Origin: Candidatus Micrarchaeia archaeon
GTDB lineage: Archaea; Micrarchaeota; Micrarchaeia; Anstonellales; J096
Assembly: GCA_041500405.1 (NCBI GenBank)
Contig: JBGQMB010000001.1
Location: 1-64,000 of the forward strand
Direction: 5' to 3'
Length of the DNA stretch: 64,000 nt
A program made the position numbers and the translations under genes. Positions 10,039 through 18,418 of this stretch are shown piece by piece. The notes beneath the pieces were generated by a model that ran no database searches, was not told the DNA's origin, and worked only from the letters and a program-made list of their open reading frames with translations. Within the stretch, counting starts at the first letter, position 1. The number at the start of each line of letters is the position of its first letter.

Positions 10039-10602
10039 ATGGAAGACAAGATTTATGATGAATTTACAAGAATGTTTACTCTCGTAGGGAATTCTAGAAG
10101 AGAGCTAAGAACAAAGATAATACAGGAATTTCTTTCCGAAAAAGGAGGATACTGGAAAGATAATATCAAGCACGTAACCCGCTATCGGTATTATGTAGAG
10201 AAATTGGCAGACGGAAGGAGAATATTTCTATATCGCCCCACATTCCTGAATAAGGGAATAGATTTTCAGGTCTGGATTGAGCAATTTGAGGATGGCAAGG
10301 ACAAGAAACCAAGCCATAAGGATATACTGAACGACCTAAAATTAAAACAGAAAGAAAATCCAAAGAAGTACCGGATGCTGCTTAAATCTATACAATGCAT
10401 CTGGAATTGCGAAGATCCAGATGCCATAATTGAAAAGTTTGAGAGTCTATCTTTCAGAAAAGGTTATCCGGTGGATTTGATATTGAAAACTCTTAAATGG
10501 CTCTTCATAGAACAAGACGTAACATACTGGAATTATGATGGGCGCGGCATGCTGATGTCTACGATATATAAAGATAACCCGAAGATAGAGCAATCCCCAT
10601 AG
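10039..10602 (+). CDS. Hypothetical protein, partner of Dam-like methylase (candidate endonuclease)
   Basis: 187 aa, AT-rich, directly upstream of the MTase; no motif recognised with certainty. Confidence 0.6.
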   Translation: MEDKIYDEFTRMFTLVGNSRRELRTKIIQEFLSEKGGYWKDNIKHVTRYRYYVEKLADGRRIFLYRPTFLNKGIDFQVWIEQFEDGKDKKPSHKDILNDLKLKQKENPKKYRMLLKSIQCIWNCEDPDAIIEKFESLSFRKGYPVDLILKTLKWLFIEQDVTYWNYDGRGMLMSTIYKDNPKIEQSP

Positions 10603-10675
10603 GCGTTGACCTCTGCTGGCAAGGAGGTCAGTAAACAATTTAAAAGGGGGCAACCAATATCCTTTCGTGCAGTAA

Positions 10676-11563
10676 ATGGATCTACCAAAACCCTTTGTGA
10701 AATGGGCTGGCGGGAAAAGGCAGCTAATAGAACAGTTGATTCAGTATGCGCCTTCTCACTTTAATGGTTATTTTGAGCCATTTTTGGGCGGTGGCGCATT
10801 CTTTTTCAAACTTTCATCCTTAGGGAGAATAAACAAAGCTTACCTAAACGATTCCAATGAAGAGCTAATCAATGCATATAATGTAATTAAGGAAAATCCA
10901 TTACATCTCATCTCTGAACTAGAAAGCGGTTCGTACAAAAACAACAAAGAGACATTTATAAATATAAGAAAAACACACCCCACGAATACTATAAAAGCGG
11001 CAGCAAGATTTATTTATCTAAATAAGACAGCATTCAATGGGCTGTACAGAGTCAATTCCAATGGCCAATTCAATGCTCCTTTTGGCCGTTATAATAATCC
11101 ATTAATCTGTGATGAGGACAATATACTGGCGGTAAGCCGGGCATTGCAGAAAGATGAGCTGACCTGCATGGATTTTGAAGACGCAGTTAATGATGCCGAA
11201 GAAGGCGATTTGGTATATTTTGATCCGCCTTACGCTCCGCTTAATGCAACATCTAACTTTACAGGATATACTAAAGACAGTTTTTCAGAAAAAGATCAAG
11301 AGAAGCTTGCCAAAACGTTCTCGAAATTAGACCGCAGAGGTTGCTTTGTCATGCTCAGTAATTCATATACACCACTAGTGCTGGATCTATATGATGAATT
11401 CAAGGTAAACACCGTTATGGCATCCAGAGTTATAAACTGTAAAGCGGAGCGCAGAGGAAAGATAAAGGAAGTTATCGTGACTAATGATTACTTACAGGCA
11501 ATCCCAAAAAGCTTAATGGCATACGTTTGCGCTAAGGGAGATATCGGCACTTCATCCGTTTAA
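10676..11563 (+). CDS. dam: Dam/DpnM-like N6-adenine DNA methyltransferase
   Basis: KWAGGK, YFEPFLGGGA, LND, FNGLYRVN, YFDPPY, MLSNS motifs. Confidence 0.93.
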   Translation: MDLPKPFVKWAGGKRQLIEQLIQYAPSHFNGYFEPFLGGGAFFFKLSSLGRINKAYLNDSNEELINAYNVIKENPLHLISELESGSYKNNKETFINIRKTHPTNTIKAAARFIYLNKTAFNGLYRVNSNGQFNAPFGRYNNPLICDEDNILAVSRALQKDELTCMDFEDAVNDAEEGDLVYFDPPYAPLNATSNFTGYTKDSFSEKDQEKLAKTFSKLDRRGCFVMLSNSYTPLVLDLYDEFKVNTVMASRVINCKAERRGKIKEVIVTNDYLQAIPKSLMAYVCAKGDIGTSSV

Positions 11564-11598
11564 AGAGCAGGAATAAAAACACTTTCAAGTCCCTTACC

Positions 11599-12471
11599 TT
11601 GATGGACCCAGTTTCATACAGGGAATACCTTTCGCAGTACACTGATCCGGACGTTCTTCTGGACACGCTGGAGAGTTTGCGGAAGACATTCAGGGTCAAC
11701 ACGCTCAAGTGCTCGGAAGAAAAGTTTCTTTCCTTTACTGAAATGAAGATGGAGAAGGAGCCCCTGCCCCTTGCGTACAGCATGGGCGCGGATTTTCCAA
11801 TAGGCAACACGCTGGAGTTTTTCTCGGGCATGATTCATACGCAGACCCTTTCATCAATGCTCCCGCCGCTTGTTCTGGAGCCCAAGCCGCACGAAAAGGT
11901 GCTTGACATGGCGGCAGCCCCCGGCGGAAAGACAACCCAGATGAGCGCCATGATGAAAAACACGGGAATAATAATCGCGAATGACGTAAAGATAGGCAGG
12001 CTGAGCGTCCTTGTCGGCAACATGCGGAGGCTTGGCGCGCTCAACATAACTGTCACAAGGGGCGACGCAAGGCGCCTTGATTACAAAAATGAGTTTGACA
12101 GGGTTTTGCTCGACGCCCCGTGCTCGTCCATGGGTTCGTCCCTTTCGTCTTTCAGGACATTGGACAGGGACAGGCTAAGGGATATGGCAAGGGTGCAAAG
12201 GAAACTGGCAATCGCGGGCTTTGACGCGCTCAAGCCAAACGGGGCAATGGTGTATTCCACGTGCACGTTTTCAAAGGAGGAGAACGAGGAAATAGTGAAA
12301 TTCCTTCTTGAGAGCAGGCCAAGCGCAAGGCTGGAAAAAATAAGCATGGACATGCCCCACGACGGCGGGCTTTCCGAATACGGGGCGGAATTTAAAAAAG
12401 TTTGGCGCATCCAACCGCACCACTTAAAAAGCGAAGGCTTCTTTATAGCGAGGATAAGCAAGGGCCCTTAG
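11599..12471 (+). CDS. RsmB/NOP2-family RNA m5C methyltransferase
   Basis: VLDMAAAPGGKTT, DRVLLDAPCS, VYSTCT..EENE, GFFIA. Confidence 0.93.
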   Translation: MMDPVSYREYLSQYTDPDVLLDTLESLRKTFRVNTLKCSEEKFLSFTEMKMEKEPLPLAYSMGADFPIGNTLEFFSGMIHTQTLSSMLPPLVLEPKPHEKVLDMAAAPGGKTTQMSAMMKNTGIIIANDVKIGRLSVLVGNMRRLGALNITVTRGDARRLDYKNEFDRVLLDAPCSSMGSSLSSFRTLDRDRLRDMARVQRKLAIAGFDALKPNGAMVYSTCTFSKEENEEIVKFLLESRPSARLEKISMDMPHDGGLSEYGAEFKKVWRIQPHHLKSEGFFIARISKGP

Positions 12472-12533
12472 ATCAGCGGTAGATCGCTCCCCTCGCACGG
12501 GAGAGGCCAGGGGTTCAAATCCCCTAGGGTCCA
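12462..12533 (+). tRNA. tRNA-Ala(CGC), overlapping the last 10 nt of the upstream CDS
   Basis: GGGCCCT/AGGGTCC acceptor with G3-U70, CTCCC-CT-CGC-AC-GGGAG anticodon arm, TTCAAAT T-loop. Confidence 0.93.
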
Positions 12534-12600
12534 AGTCCTTTCTTTTAGAAAAAGAAAGCACTTGGGGAAAGAAAACTACTTCTGTAAAAAAGAAAGGGCT

Positions 12601-12701
12601 TGGGGATACGGGGATTTGAACCCCGACCTACAGGTTTCTTCTAATCGCGCGTCCGCGCAAAACCTGGAGCCTGCCGTGCTACCTGGTTGCACTATACCCC
12701 C
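12601..12701 (-). tRNA. tRNA-Trp(CCA) with ~28-nt intron at 37/38
   Basis: GGGGGTA/TATCCCC acceptor; GCAGG-CT-CCA-G [GTTTTGCGCGGACGCGCGATTAGAAGAA] A-CCTGT; TTCAAAT. Confidence 0.9.
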
Positions 12702-12837
12702 AACAGGTGGTATATGGGCAGAGAAACGTTTAAATTGCTACCTCAGGATAATCCAGTATGCGTAATACATCCTTATTTTTGTCGGTATGGACAACACTGG
12801 CATGGAAGAGGAAAGAATGACAATGGATTAGATTAGC

Positions 12838-14034
12838 ATGGTTAATTCGGCAAAAGGCAATAACGGCAAAATCAATCCGACAGTAATAAAGCTCGGTGTG
12901 GTCAGTTTCCTGACCGACATTTCCAGCGAGATGGTCTTTCCCAACATAGCGCTCTTCCTTACGCTTGTGCTTGGCGCGGGCAAGGAGCTGGTCGGCCTGG
13001 TTGAGGGCGTCGCGGACAGCGCCGCGAGCATCGTCGAGATATTCTCCGGCTACTTTTCAGACAAGCTCGGAAAAAGGAAGCAGTTCGTACTGTTTGGATA
13101 CGGCCTTTCCTCAATAGTCAAGATAGGCATCGCGCTTTCCACCACCTGGTGGATGGTCCTAATAATGCGCGGGCTGGAGCGCGTAGGCAAGGGCATACGG
13201 ACTGCGCCAAGGGACGCGATAATCGCCGCATCTGCAGAAAAGCAAATCCGCGGCAGGGCATTCGGCCTGCACCGCGCGATGGACACTGCAGGCGCGATAA
13301 TAGGCCCGCTGCTGGCGTTCGCGCTGCTCTCTGCATTCGGCACGAACGAAACAGGGTTCCGCACCACATTCCTGATAGCGATAATACCCGCGGTCCTGGC
13401 GGTTGCCGTGATAGCGCTGTTCGTGCGCGAGCCCAAGGTTGCAACAGCCCCGGCCCCTTTGAAAAGGCCGTCCTTCTGGGATGTGCTGAAGCAAATGCCG
13501 CATGGATACAAGACGTTCCTTAAAGTTTCGCTGCTGTTCTCGCTCTCCTATTTCAGCTTTTCGTTCTTCATATTGCGCGCAGCCGACATAGGCGTGGATC
13601 CCAAGGATGTCCTGCTGCTCTATGTTTTCTATAATGTCATATACGCGCTTGCGTCTGTGCCAGGCGGGTGGCTGTCCGACAGGATAGGGCGCAAGCCGGT
13701 GATTGCAGGCGCGTTCGCGCTCTATGCTATCATTTGCGCTGGCTTTGCCTTGGCTACCACCTGGTGGCACGCGGCGCTGCTGTTCGGGCTTTACGGCATC
13801 TTCGTGGCTTTGGACGAGAGCGTGAACAAGGCATACATCAGCGACATGATACCCGAGGAAAGGCGCAGCACAGCGATAGGCGCGTATAACACGGCCATAG
13901 GCGTCGCATATCTTCCGGCAAGCATAATGGTCGGCGCATTGTGGACCGTTGCCGGGCCGGTTACCGGCTTTATGGCAGCAGCGGGCATAGCGGCATTTTC
14001 GGCAGTGGCCCTGATGGCCTTTGTCAGGGGCTGA
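12838..14034 (+). CDS. MFS transporter
   Basis: GYFSDKLGKRK and GWLSDRIGRK motif A in both halves; 12 TM. Confidence 0.92.
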   Translation: MVNSAKGNNGKINPTVIKLGVVSFLTDISSEMVFPNIALFLTLVLGAGKELVGLVEGVADSAASIVEIFSGYFSDKLGKRKQFVLFGYGLSSIVKIGIALSTTWWMVLIMRGLERVGKGIRTAPRDAIIAASAEKQIRGRAFGLHRAMDTAGAIIGPLLAFALLSAFGTNETGFRTTFLIAIIPAVLAVAVIALFVREPKVATAPAPLKRPSFWDVLKQMPHGYKTFLKVSLLFSLSYFSFSFFILRAADIGVDPKDVLLLYVFYNVIYALASVPGGWLSDRIGRKPVIAGAFALYAIICAGFALATTWWHAALLFGLYGIFVALDESVNKAYISDMIPEERRSTAIGAYNTAIGVAYLPASIMVGALWTVAGPVTGFMAAAGIAAFSAVALMAFVRG

Positions 14035-14037
14035 AAT

Positions 14038-15063
14038 TCAAATTTTCCTTGACCCGTTTTTTGTTTCGGTTTTTGCTTTCAGAAGTTGCGCAGCTACAGG
14101 GAAATAGTCCACCTTGTGCTCTTCATAGACATGGAGCATTTCGTAATCCCCGGCAACATCGCCGAAGCGGTTCATGAAGTCCCCCATCATGGACCGGAAA
14201 TCCCTTTCGTCGCTAACCTCTGCCTCTATTTCCAAGTCCCATTCGCCGAAGCAGCCCACGAAATAGACGACTTCCGGTCTCAATGCGCAGAATGAATAGA
14301 TAGTTTTCTCGTCCTTTTCCCCAAGGGATTTTGCGCTGACGATTGCCTTGTAGAATTTCCTGCCTGTTTTCTCCAGGTCCATGATTGTGCGGTATGCCTG
14401 TATTATGCCGTCTTTCTCAAGCTTCCTTATTCTCTCCTTTACCGCCCCATCGCTCATGCCAATTGTCTGCCCAAGTTCGCGGTTTGGCAGCCGGGCATTC
14501 CTGCCAAGGAGCTCCAGCAGCCGCAGGTTAGTTTCGTCCAGCTTGTATGGCCCGTACTCAAAGCCATAGACGAACGTTTCAGGGGGCATTTCCCTTTCTT
14601 CTCCTGTGAGATAGGTCCTCTTGAAGTGGTAGTTGAACGTTGAGGGCGAAACAGAATAGCTTTTCAGCCGCTCGCCAAGCTCAGCCTTGATTTTTCTTAG
14701 GATGTTGCTGAAATCAACCGGGTTCCTTGCCGCCAGGAGAATCTCCAGGTCCCACCTGCCGCTTGTGCTTGCCACCCACATGGACGGCACCTCGCCCTTG
14801 AGATATTCTATTATCTTCGGATAGTCTGACGGAGGGGCTTTCTGCAGCCGCAGATAGAGCCTGTATGAGTAATATCCGAGCTTATGCAGATTGATCAGGG
14901 CAGTGAAACCCTTTATCACCCCGGCTTCAGTCAGCTTATTGAGCCGGTATTTGGCGAGTTGAGGCGAAATCCCGACCTTTTTGGCAAGGACAGCAAGGGG
15001 AATCCGGGCATTGAAGTCCAGTTCGGCGAGCATCCGGAAGTCCTTCTTATCGAGCTTTTCCAT
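14038..15063 (-). CDS. Double-length Lrp/AsnC-family transcriptional regulator
   Basis: Two wHTH+RAM units (LDKKDFRMLAELDFNARIP...; LDETNLRLLELLGRNARLP...), each with GxWD; start MEKLD at 15063. Confidence 0.88.
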   Translation of the reverse strand: MEKLDKKDFRMLAELDFNARIPLAVLAKKVGISPQLAKYRLNKLTEAGVIKGFTALINLHKLGYYSYRLYLRLQKAPPSDYPKIIEYLKGEVPSMWVASTSGRWDLEILLAARNPVDFSNILRKIKAELGERLKSYSVSPSTFNYHFKRTYLTGEEREMPPETFVYGFEYGPYKLDETNLRLLELLGRNARLPNRELGQTIGMSDGAVKERIRKLEKDGIIQAYRTIMDLEKTGRKFYKAIVSAKSLGEKDEKTIYSFCALRPEVVYFVGCFGEWDLEIEAEVSDERDFRSMMGDFMNRFGDVAGDYEMLHVYEEHKVDYFPVAAQLLKAKTETKNGSRKI

Positions 15064-15184
15064 GCTTGTTTTATATTTAGTAGTTTTTATAAGCTTTTCT
15101 ACTTTTTCTAAAAAAATAGGACTATATTGTTTTATATATATCAAAAGCCACGTATAGACACAGGTAAACACAAATGAGGCGATT

Positions 15185-15712
15185 ATGATGACCATGAATA
15201 CCCGGATGCTGGCTTTGAAAGCTGAACGCCTGGAAAAAAAGACGAGAAAATTTGGGATGTCGCATCATTCGATGCTCTTCAATGAACCACTCGTAGAGTT
15301 GAAGCGGGACCTACAGATAAGGCAGGGTATGAAGGATAGCTTTGAGGCTGTCAAAACAAAAGTTTCCCCGGTCGATACAGGTGTAGATAACGGAGTATGT
15401 AAAGGTAAAGGACTTGAGTTCTGGCTGAAAAATTCCCCGACGGGGATTGCCCTTTGCAATGCCTTACCAAAGCAGGCTACCATTCTGGGGAGTGTTTTAA
15501 GTGCTATCCTGGTTGCAGAAATGGCAATATGGTCTATTGTTCCGGAAGCTGTACAAACAATTACAGGCATATATGGAGTTCCAACCAAGTTACTCTGGTT
15601 CTATGAAAATTTTCCTCCAATAGTAGTAACATGCCTTTTTGGGATGTTCACCTCGGCTTTTGCTGGGTGTACAGCCGCAGCGTTCCGTGACGAAGCGATA
15701 AGAGACAAATAA
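15185..15712 (+). CDS. Hypothetical membrane protein with shared MMTMxTRMLAxKAER leader (copy 1)
   Basis: GAGGCGA RBS; two hydrophobic segments; leader shared with next ORF. Confidence 0.7.
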   Translation: MMTMNTRMLALKAERLEKKTRKFGMSHHSMLFNEPLVELKRDLQIRQGMKDSFEAVKTKVSPVDTGVDNGVCKGKGLEFWLKNSPTGIALCNALPKQATILGSVLSAILVAEMAIWSIVPEAVQTITGIYGVPTKLLWFYENFPPIVVTCLFGMFTSAFAGCTAAAFRDEAIRDK

Positions 15713-15728
15713 CACAGATGAGGCGATT

Positions 15729-16640
15729 ATGATGACTATGAAAACAAGGATGCTTGCCCGGAAGGCTGAGCGCGAAATGAACAAAGCGTACAAGCTCGGC
15801 ATGGAGTGGGGCGGAGATTTCCTCAGGCAACTGCGCGACGAACTAAGGGCATTCAAGGTGGATGTCGATAAGGATGATTCTGACACGCGCAGCCCAAGCG
15901 AGATCCACCGCGCTAGATGCTACACCCACGTATGCAACATCTTGCATACGACGGAAAGCACCAAGGAAGCAATCGCAAAATCCATCGATAGCACGGTTGG
16001 GATACTGGAGGATGCGGCAAAGAAGCGCGGCGAACTACAGGAGGGACAGCGCGAAATGTGCGTGGTCTCATACAGGCCTTACAGGTACGAGTGCGAACTC
16101 AAAGTATGTGGCATAAGCAAGGCCGAATTCTGGTTAATGAAGGCAGCGGGCGCAACTCGCAAAACCCTGCTGCCATGTGCGGCAACAGCAGCCATGGCAT
16201 GGCTTGCTTGTGAGAACTGGCCTGCAATAGCGCATGCTGCAACTTCGGCAACAAATCACATCGTAGACATAGCAGTAGCGGCAAAGGCATATCTTGCAAA
16301 AAATATAAGGGAGATTGCAACAGTAGCGGCAGGTTTCGTTATTTTTATGACTATTATAGTTGGAGGGAGAAGCCGGCCTGAGCAGGAGATGTCAGACAGT
16401 GAACTGCTCTTCGCAGCGGTCCACGACATGAGGGTAGGGATGGAGAGGGCGCTGAGGGAGCAAGATAGGAAGTGTGAGGAAAGCGTGGAAGCATGGCGGG
16501 TCGTTCACATGTTTAAGTATCTAATTCCTGCCGAAGAGATGAAGGCGAAGGTCCTGAAAGCGGCAGAGGAAATGCTGGCAACGGTAAATATGATTGAGGC
16601 TGCAGTAAAAGAGCAGCTGCAGCCGGCCAGGAAGATTTGA
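15729..16640 (+). CDS. Hypothetical membrane protein with shared leader (copy 2)
   Basis: Same RBS and leader; two hydrophobic segments; charged helical termini. Confidence 0.7.
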   Translation: MMTMKTRMLARKAEREMNKAYKLGMEWGGDFLRQLRDELRAFKVDVDKDDSDTRSPSEIHRARCYTHVCNILHTTESTKEAIAKSIDSTVGILEDAAKKRGELQEGQREMCVVSYRPYRYECELKVCGISKAEFWLMKAAGATRKTLLPCAATAAMAWLACENWPAIAHAATSATNHIVDIAVAAKAYLAKNIREIATVAAGFVIFMTIIVGGRSRPEQEMSDSELLFAAVHDMRVGMERALREQDRKCEESVEAWRVVHMFKYLIPAEEMKAKVLKAAEEMLATVNMIEAAVKEQLQPARKI

Positions 16641-16653
16641 AGAGGCGATTATT

Positions 16654-18375
16654 ATGGAAATGCAGATGAAGAAATTGGAGATAACGCGCCTTTCCAAAAC
16701 GACATTCCCGATAATGAGTCCGCAAAATGCAGGCAGGATGGTTGAAAACAACTTGAGGATAGACAATATCTTCGCATCGGGCAGGGCGGCTGACCCGCTG
16801 GTTGCGGGGGAGCTTGACGAACTGAAAAAGGAAAGCCTGCACCTGCTGACGATAATGTATCCTCCGAAGGCCTGCAACTTCAAATGCCCGAACTATTGCT
16901 GCACGGAAGGCATCGACAAGGGCAGGCTGGACAACGGGCAGATCCTGGAAATCGTCAGGCAGGCAACCGAGCTGGGCATGAAAGTGACGTACTTTCCCGG
17001 CCTTGGCGAACTGCCCCTGCTGAAGAAATTCTGGGAACTCCAGGAAGAACTTCATAGGATGAGGATAGCTTCAGTCGTGTTCACAAACGGCAGCGCGTTC
17101 TGGGACGACGGGCTGGCAAGGACCGCTACAGGGAAGAGCGCCGAGGAGCTTATAGAGAAGGTCAATGAAATAGGGATGTATCTCTATGTGAAATACTGGC
17201 ACTCTGACCCGAAGGAGGCGGCAAGGATGGTTGGCGTTAGGGAAAGCGAGTATCCGTACAAAACGCTGGCGGACGGCATGCGCATCCCGCTTGCGCTCGC
17301 GAGACTGATGGAACGCATGTCTAAAGACAGGCTCGGCGTCGAGGTGATGGTTTCGCGGGAAAATTACGGCGACGTGGTTGCGAACATCATGCCCAATATA
17401 GAAAAACTTGGCCTTTATGGACTCATGGAGCCGGTCATATTCTCAGGAAAGGCCGAGGGAAGGCAGGCAGAGCTGGCGCTCACGCCGGAGCAGTATTCAT
17501 CGCTCGCAGACCAGTTCATAAGCGGCGGGAAATGGTGCATAAAAAGGCAGTCGCGGGAAGCGTCGCTTGTCGGAGAAAACCTGCTGCTGGCAATGCTGCT
17601 GCCGCCGGCACAGGAGAACCGCGTGCTGGACAACAGCGGAGCGCTGAAGCCTATTCTCGGCATACTGCATGGGCCAGAAGCCAGAAGGATAAGGGCAGAC
17701 AACGACAGGTACGGCTGCGTTTGCAGGCACTATTTTCTTGAGAAGCAGAAGGAGAGAAGGATGGACGAACTTTTCGGCGCCTTTGCGCCTGACTACATCG
17801 TTCACATGGACAGAACGAACCACTCTGCAGTCCAGAAAAGAATAATGGACGGGTTTATCGGCCACATAGGAAAGAAGGTCCTTGACATAGCGACCGGACC
17901 GGGCACAATCGCGAAATACGTGAAGGGAGCAAAGTCGGAATGCGAGGTGCACGGAATTGACAGGAACGAAAAGATGCTCATAGAGGCGACAAAAGACCCT
18001 CAGGGGGTGGAATTCAAGAAAGGCGAGGCCACAGCCCTGCCGGCCAAGGACGGGACTTACGACACCGTAACTTCGTCCTATGCGTTCTATTGGATAAAGG
18101 ATCCGGAAAAGGCGATCTCGGAAGTCGGACGGGTGCTGAAAACAGGCGGAACGTTCATCGTGCTTGAAGAGGAGTTCAACGGCGGGGACACACAACCGGT
18201 CTTCTCCAGATACGACCGGGCAGACCTGAAGGAACTTGCCGGTCTGGAGAACTACATCGGCGTGGCACGCGTAAGGCAGATGATAGAGGCAGCAGGTTTT
18301 GAGTTTGTGGAGCAAGTGCAGTATCCGGTTGACGAACGCCACGGCACAGCAGGGATGGCTTTCAGGAAGAGATAA
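16654..18375 (+). CDS. Radical-SAM domain fused to class I SAM methyltransferase
   Basis: CNFKCPNYCC, PGLGE, VFTNG radical-SAM core; C-terminal VLDIATGPG, GID, YDTV, GRVLKTGG. Confidence 0.8.
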   Translation: MEMQMKKLEITRLSKTTFPIMSPQNAGRMVENNLRIDNIFASGRAADPLVAGELDELKKESLHLLTIMYPPKACNFKCPNYCCTEGIDKGRLDNGQILEIVRQATELGMKVTYFPGLGELPLLKKFWELQEELHRMRIASVVFTNGSAFWDDGLARTATGKSAEELIEKVNEIGMYLYVKYWHSDPKEAARMVGVRESEYPYKTLADGMRIPLALARLMERMSKDRLGVEVMVSRENYGDVVANIMPNIEKLGLYGLMEPVIFSGKAEGRQAELALTPEQYSSLADQFISGGKWCIKRQSREASLVGENLLLAMLLPPAQENRVLDNSGALKPILGILHGPEARRIRADNDRYGCVCRHYFLEKQKERRMDELFGAFAPDYIVHMDRTNHSAVQKRIMDGFIGHIGKKVLDIATGPGTIAKYVKGAKSECEVHGIDRNEKMLIEATKDPQGVEFKKGEATALPAKDGTYDTVTSSYAFYWIKDPEKAISEVGRVLKTGGTFIVLEEEFNGGDTQPVFSRYDRADLKELAGLENYIGVARVRQMIEAAGFEFVEQVQYPVDERHGTAGMAFRKR

Positions 18376-18418
18376 AAGCAACCCTTTCCTTTTTTAAATC
18401 CTGATTTCATATCCACCT

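Larger units (their letters stand above)
9972..11576. mobile_element. AT-rich two-gene insertion bounded by CAGGAATAA direct repeats (putative restriction-modification island)
   Basis: Visible drop in GC; CAGGAATAA at 9972-9980 and 11568-11576; no mobility gene inside. Confidence 0.6.

Noticed and set aside
12787..12831. 14-codon ORF upstream of the MFS gene as a leader peptide
   Set aside because: No RBS, attenuator structure or informative codon bias
15064..15195. Extended start of the Lrp ORF in the track
   Set aside because: Runs through the AT-rich divergent promoter region; the domain starts at MEKLD (15063)
17497..18381. 294-aa minus-strand ORF
   Set aside because: Antisense to the rSAM-methyltransferase; composition typical of shadow frames
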